Shown here: positions 32,787-38,184 of the stretch, piece after piece
How the letters are laid out: each line of letters starts with the position of its first letter
Numbering within the stretch: position 1 is the stretch's first letter
From: an uncultured bacterium
GTDB taxonomy: Bacteria > Myxococcota_A > CAZTSL01
Direction of reading: 5' to 3'
Assembly: GCA_964616915.1 (NCBI GenBank)
Contig: CAZTSL010000019.1
Location: 1 to 38,184 of the forward strand
DNA: 38,184 nt
Translations under genes and position numbers: made by a program
Notes under the pieces: model-generated
Seen by the model: only the letters and a program-made list of their open reading frames with translations
The model's database searches: none
Told to the model about the DNA's origin: nothing

Positions 32787-33953
32787 TCAGGAGGTTTCAG
32801 CGGGGATGAATCCTCTCGTTTCGAGGAATTCCCGGATCTCCGTGAGGAAGGCGCCCCGCTTGAACTGGGCGAGATGTCCCCCCGGGAACCAGTGGATCCG
32901 GGGAGCGTTCCAATGCTCCCAGAGGGCCTGGGCGTGAGAGGGAAGACAGATCCGATCCCCCTTCCCCGCGACGATGAAGAGGGACTCGCGTTTCAGTTTC
33001 GGCGTCAGCGCAAGGGGCGTGTGCACCGCAAAGGTCGCCTTCATGTCCTCCCGGGTGAAGGAAGACTTCTCGAGCAACCGTTCGAGCGTGCCATATCGAC
33101 CATGCTCCCAGAGAAGATCGGCAAGGGAGGCGAAGGGGACGATCGGAATCGCGAAGGCCAGCGAGGGCTCCACGCTGGCCAGGAGCGCCGTGGTGTAGCC
33201 CCCAAGACTCACCCCGATCGCTCCGATCGGCCCGGAACCCCGCTCCCGCAGGAGCCGCATCAGCGTGCGCAGCTCGAAGATCGACTGCGCGAAACTCTCG
33301 TTCGTGCGCGCCAGGTTCGGACTGAGGAAGAAGCGCCCCGACATCCCGGCGGAAGCCGGTGTGCGGGCCCCATGGAAGGGGAGGATGTAGATGAGGACGT
33401 TGAGACCCAGGCGATAGAGGAAGGGAACGTTGAAGACCCGCTCCTCGAAGGCGGGATAGCCGCATCCCCACCCGTGGATGCAGATCACGGTGGGCCTCCC
33501 CGGCGTGTCGTGCTGCCAGAGCCGGCCGTGGACGGTCTGGTTCTCCTTGTAGGAGTTGTACTTCATCCGGTATTCGGTGAAGACGGGAGAGAAACCGCTC
33601 GGGAAGCGGAAGTCCCAGATCGTTCCCCCCTTCGTTCGTTTCCGATACCGGTAACGCACGTCGGGAAAGGCCTGAGGAGGATGGAAGAAATTGTCGGGAT
33701 CTTCGAGAAAGGGAGCCTGGCTGTAGAAACGTTTGACCTGGTGCGCATGGTGAATCCGGCGCTGTAAGACCTTCAGACGCCGGTTCCTCGGCCCCACGAA
33801 GATCGTCCGCATCCCTTGCAAGACCACGCTGTCGGTCCAGGATCCGATCTGGATCAGAACCCGCTCGAGGGGATCGGGCGCCTGGGGCGTCACCGGCTGG
33901 GGAGCTGCTACGATCGAAGTGTGCGGGACCGGCTCTTCGTTCGAATTCGTCAT
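32787..33953 (-). CDS. Alpha/beta-hydrolase fold protein (GxSxG nucleophile elbow)
   Basis: 388 aa. GAIGVSLGGYTTAL carries the GxSxG motif, and VICIHGWG looks like an oxyanion region. GGGAGGAG RBS 9 nt upstream of the ATG at 33953. The overlapping ORF 32797..33963 in another frame is judged spurious. Confidence 0.7.
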   Translation of the reverse strand: MTNSNEEPVPHTSIVAAPQPVTPQAPDPLERVLIQIGSWTDSVVLQGMRTIFVGPRNRRLKVLQRRIHHAHQVKRFYSQAPFLEDPDNFFHPPQAFPDVRYRYRKRTKGGTIWDFRFPSGFSPVFTEYRMKYNSYKENQTVHGRLWQHDTPGRPTVICIHGWGCGYPAFEERVFNVPFLYRLGLNVLIYILPFHGARTPASAGMSGRFFLSPNLARTNESFAQSIFELRTLMRLLRERGSGPIGAIGVSLGGYTTALLASVEPSLAFAIPIVPFASLADLLWEHGRYGTLERLLEKSSFTREDMKATFAVHTPLALTPKLKRESLFIVAGKGDRICLPSHAQALWEHWNAPRIHWFPGGHLAQFKRGAFLTEIREFLETRGFIPAETS

Positions 33954-34194
33954 CCTGGATCACTCCTCCCTGTCACGATCGACATCTGATCTTCATCCAC
34001 TCATCGGCGTTCCCCCTATCGTGTTCCCCAAAGCATGAGACGCATACGACGATCGGTATCACCGACCACGATCATCATACCAGGAATCCCGCCATGAATC
34101 AATCGTGGCATCCAGAATCGATCCCTGAACCTCTCAGAACCCTTTCCCGCCGATCGAGCCTCTTTCATGGATCGATCCTGTCCCGGGTTCAAGG

Positions 34195-34223
34195 TTGACA
34201 AGGCTTCGGCATGGGGATAAGAT
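34195..34223 (+). promoter_or_regulatory. Candidate sigma70-type promoter (TTGACA-N17-TAAGAT) about 330 nt upstream of metK
   Basis: TTGACA at 34195-34200, a 17-nt spacer, then TAAGAT at 34218-34223. The two hexamers and the spacer are read from the sequence; that they form a functional promoter is inference. Confidence 0.3.
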
Positions 34224-34551
34224 ACCCCTCCATGACAGATCGCCTCGTGTCGATTCGACCGTCGTCGGTGCCTCTTCCCCGTCCGACGATGCCGGGCGAG
34301 GCGTCCGGGCCGGTCTTCACGCATGCACCCCGGGAATGCGCTCCACCTTCTCTGAAATCGTGCCGTTTCCCCGCAGATATTGCGTGTGCCCGGAAAGGTC
34401 TCTGCAACGAATCCTCCATTTCGTGAGGATCGGAGCGAGAGGTTCACGTTTCTGGACGATCCCCTTCATCGTATCGGACGCTTCCGCAAGACGACGGTCG
34501 TTCCGGAACCCGCGGAGGGGGCCAAAATCCATCGCCAGGAGAACTTTCACG

Positions 34552-35712
34552 ATGACAGGATCCAGCTTCCTCTTCACTTCCGAATCGGTCACCGAAGGAC
34601 ATCCGGACAAGATCGCGGATCAGATCTCCGATGTCGTCCTCGACACCTGTCTCGAACAGGATATCAAGAGCCGGGTGGCATGCGAGACGCTCGTGACGAC
34701 CGGTCTCGTCGTAGTCGTGGGGGAGATCACGACTTCCGCCCGCCTCGACGTCCCCGAACTCGTTCGACAGGTCGTACGGAATATCGGCTACGACGACTCC
34801 GCCATGGGCTTCGATTACAAGAGCTGTGCGGTCGTCAGTTCGATCGACCGGCAATCTCCCGATATCGCGATGGGGGTGGACGAGAGTGAAGCGCACGAAC
34901 AGGGGGCCGGCGACCAGGGGATGATGTTCGGCTACGCCTGCCGCGAGACGGAAGAACTCATGCCGATGCCGATCACCTTCGCCCACAAGCTCACCCGCCG
35001 TCTGACCGAGATCCGCAAGAAGAAACTCTTCGCCTTCCTCCGTCCCGATGGCAAGGCCCAGGTGACCGTGCGCTACGAAGGGGGGAAGCCGGTGGCCGTC
35101 GATACCGTCGTCCTCTCCTCCCAGCACACGGAAGACGTCTCGCGCGAGACGCTGTGTGAAGCCCTCATGGAAGAGGTGATCAAGAAGGTGATTCCCGCAG
35201 ACCTGCTGACCCCGCAGACGAAGTACCACATCAATCCCACCGGGCAATTCGTCATCGGCGGCCCCCATGGAGACTCCGGTCTGACCGGCCGAAAGATCAT
35301 CGTCGACACCTACGGCGGGATGGGCCGCCACGGCGGTGGCGCCTTCTCCGGCAAAGACCCGAGCAAGGTCGATCGCTCCGCCTCCTACATGGCCCGTTAC
35401 ATCGCAAAGAACATCGTCGCCGCCGGTCTGGCCGAACGCTGCGAGGTCCAACTCGCCTACGCGATCGGCGTGGCCGAACCCGTCTCCATCTTCGTCGAAA
35501 CCTACGGCACGAGCAAGATTCCCGGTGATCGGCTCGCCGAGATCGTCCGCGAGGTCTTCCAGGTCAAGCCCGCCGGGATCATCGAGTCCCTCGACCTCCT
35601 GCGCCCGATCTACCGGAAGACGGCCACCTACGGCCACTTCGGACGCAGCGAGCCGGAATTCACCTGGGAGAGAACGGATAAAGTCGAAGCACTCCAGACG
35701 ATCGCAAGCTGA
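34552..35712 (+). CDS. metK: S-adenosylmethionine synthetase
   Basis: ATG at 34552 ([27 protein letters not shown]), with the GHPDK signature and the later [19 protein letters not shown] and [10 protein letters not shown] motifs. About 386 aa. Confidence 0.95.
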   Translation: MTGSSFLFTSESVTEGHPDKIADQISDVVLDTCLEQDIKSRVACETLVTTGLVVVVGEITTSARLDVPELVRQVVRNIGYDDSAMGFDYKSCAVVSSIDRQSPDIAMGVDESEAHEQGAGDQGMMFGYACRETEELMPMPITFAHKLTRRLTEIRKKKLFAFLRPDGKAQVTVRYEGGKPVAVDTVVLSSQHTEDVSRETLCEALMEEVIKKVIPADLLTPQTKYHINPTGQFVIGGPHGDSGLTGRKIIVDTYGGMGRHGGGAFSGKDPSKVDRSASYMARYIAKNIVAAGLAERCEVQLAYAIGVAEPVSIFVETYGTSKIPGDRLAEIVREVFQVKPAGIIESLDLLRPIYRKTATYGHFGRSEPEFTWERTDKVEALQTIAS

Positions 35713-35774
35713 TCTCCTCTCCAAGATCCAGACGATTGCGATCCGATCTTCCCCAAAATCAAGGACCATTACCG

Positions 35775-37012
<1,238 letters not shown>

Positions 37013-37031
<19 letters not shown>

Positions 37032-37705
37032 GCCTTTCTGCGGCGATCCTTTCCCCTCGGCGATTCCTCGCCAGGAGGGGAAGTGCCCTCTTCCTCCTCC
37101 TCGCGATCGCGGGAGCCGCCGGTACGCGGGACGGCAGGGACGATTTCGCCGAACGCCTCGTGGCCGCCGCGCTCGAGCGCACGAAGCACGCCGTCACCTA
37201 CGACGGAAGCTACCGGTGGATCCCTTATCCCGGCGGGGATGTCCCCGACGACATCGGGGTATGCACCGATCTCGTCATTCGGGCCTATCGCGCCCTCGGC
37301 ATTGATCTACAGCGCCTCGTCCATGAGGACATGAAGGCCCACTTCTCCGCGTACCCGAAGCGTTGGGGACTCACCCGCCCCGATCCGAACATCGACCACC
37401 GCCGGGTACTCAATCTCCAGACCTTCTTTCGGCGCCAGGGGGCCGAGCTTCCGGTCACCGGCGATCCCGTGGACTACCGGCCGGGCGATCTCGTCACCTG
37501 GCGTCTTCCCGGCGGGCTGCCCCACATCGGCATCGTCGTGCATCACCGCAGCGCAGACGGACGCCGTCCCCTCGTCGTCCACAACATCGGTGCCGGCCCG
37601 AAGGTCGAAGATCGCCTCTTTGCGTTTCCCATCACCGGCCACTACCGCTACCGGGGTCCCCGGCGCCCCTCTCTCCGAGGGGGAGATCGGACCACCGGTC
37701 CCTGA
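37013..37705 (+). CDS. DUF1287-family secreted protein (YijF-like)
   Basis: The GTG at 37013 overlaps the ahcY end. An alternative GTG at 37028 overlaps the ahcY stop as GTGA and yields a signal-peptide-like N-terminus [30 protein letters not shown]. Conserved block [47 protein letters not shown] is typical of DUF1287. Confidence 0.6.
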
Positions 37706-37812
37706 AGTGCCGATCGGGATCCTGCGCCTCCGGTCGTTCTCCGCTTCCGAATCGTAACGTCCCGAGGATTCCCCATCCCCTGCTCCTCGGGAAGGGAGAG
37801 GGAGTTTCGGTC

Positions 37813-38088
37813 ATGCAGCAACCCGAAGGATGGTACGGACGGGTCGAAGCGGTGCTTCGCCTCTCGATCCCGGCTTCGGCTGCGATGCTCTCCTATACCT
37901 TCACGGGGCTCGTCGATACGATGCTCGTGGGACGCCTGGGGGCCGTATCGCTCGGCGCCGTGGGGTTGGCCTCGATGGTCCTCCTTGCGAGCACCTCCCT
38001 CTGGCTCGGGGTCCTCAACGCGGTTACGCCGCTTGCGGCCCAGAACGAGGGGGCGGGGCGGCGGCATGGCTCTACCTCTTCCGCCTGA
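37813..38088 (+). CDS. MATE efflux family protein, N-terminal 92 aa only (truncated; possible pseudogene, frameshift or assembly boundary)
   Basis: ATG at 37813 preceded by GGGAGAGGGAG. LRLSIPASAAMLSYTFTGLVDTMLVGRLGAVSLGAVGLA...PLAAQNEGAGRR matches the first two TM helices of NorM-type MATE proteins. A stop then follows at 38088, and no other frame continues MATE-like sequence to the window end. Confidence 0.45.
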   Translation: MQQPEGWYGRVEAVLRLSIPASAAMLSYTFTGLVDTMLVGRLGAVSLGAVGLASMVLLASTSLWLGVLNAVTPLAAQNEGAGRRHGSTSSA

Positions 38089-38184
38089 AGAGCCGGTCGT
38101 GGCAACGAAGGCTCATCGGCGGAGAGACGGGGAAGGGAGGGGCAGAAGCGCGGCCATGCCCTTGACAATTCGAATTTCGTGCTT

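Noticed and set aside
32797-33963. Alternative-frame 388-aa ORF overlapping the alpha/beta hydrolase gene on the same strand.
   Set aside because: Arg/Pro/Gly-rich nonsense translation. The other frame carries GxSxG and a good RBS.
34016-34447. 143-aa minus-strand ORF in the metK upstream region.
   Set aside because: No RBS and a random-looking sequence. The region is more plausibly the metK promoter and leader.

Overview
A 38.2 kb, gene-dense, high-GC (roughly 65-70 % by eye) bacterial chromosomal segment. I found about 26 protein-coding genes and no rRNA, tRNA, CRISPR array, transposase or integrase. Ribosome-binding sites of the AAGGAGG/GGGAGG type sit 6-9 nt upstream of most of the starts I chose, and several genes start on GTG or TTG. 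Because of the GC content, long ORFs on the opposite strand of real genes are frequent and mostly spurious. Contents, in order: (1) a hybrid signalling protein with a TPR-like N-terminus, a receiver domain and a Ser/Thr kinase domain; (2) a ClpP-class protease of the serine-dehydrogenase-proteinase type; (3) a minus-strand block containing an M16 peptidase pair, a fatty acyl-AMP ligase, an RND/MMPL-like exporter and a stand-alone E2-type acyltransferase, with a divergently transcribed sulfotransferase next to it; (4) a flotillin-like SPFH protein translationally coupled to a FetA/FetB-like ABC exporter; (5) an in-frame EPSP synthase-chorismate synthase fusion; (6) a receiver-class III nucleotidyl cyclase; (7) a dihydropyrimidinase and a YbgC-type thioesterase; (8) a tight C25-peptidase / J-domain protein / zinc-ribbon membrane protein gene string; (9) divergent from the C25 gene, a large M36/M4-like zinc metalloprotease followed by a putative outer-membrane beta-barrel; (10) an alpha/beta hydrolase, metK, ahcY, a DUF1287 gene and a truncated MATE fragment. 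The most unusual feature is the divergently arranged pair of large secreted proteases (one C25 gingipain-like, one HExxH M36-like). Both end in thrombospondin-type-3 calcium-binding repeats followed by an unclassified Cys + hydrophobic helix + Arg-rich C-terminal sorting-signal-like tail. Both also carry G9-G11 homopolymer tracts in their coding sequence. A relic of a third such tail lies in the intergenic region between them. The second notable feature is the FAAL-MMPL-acyltransferase(-sulfotransferase) lipid module, which resembles the mycobacterial sulfolipid logic in a non-mycobacterial context. All domain assignments are from reading motifs by eye; no database search was run.
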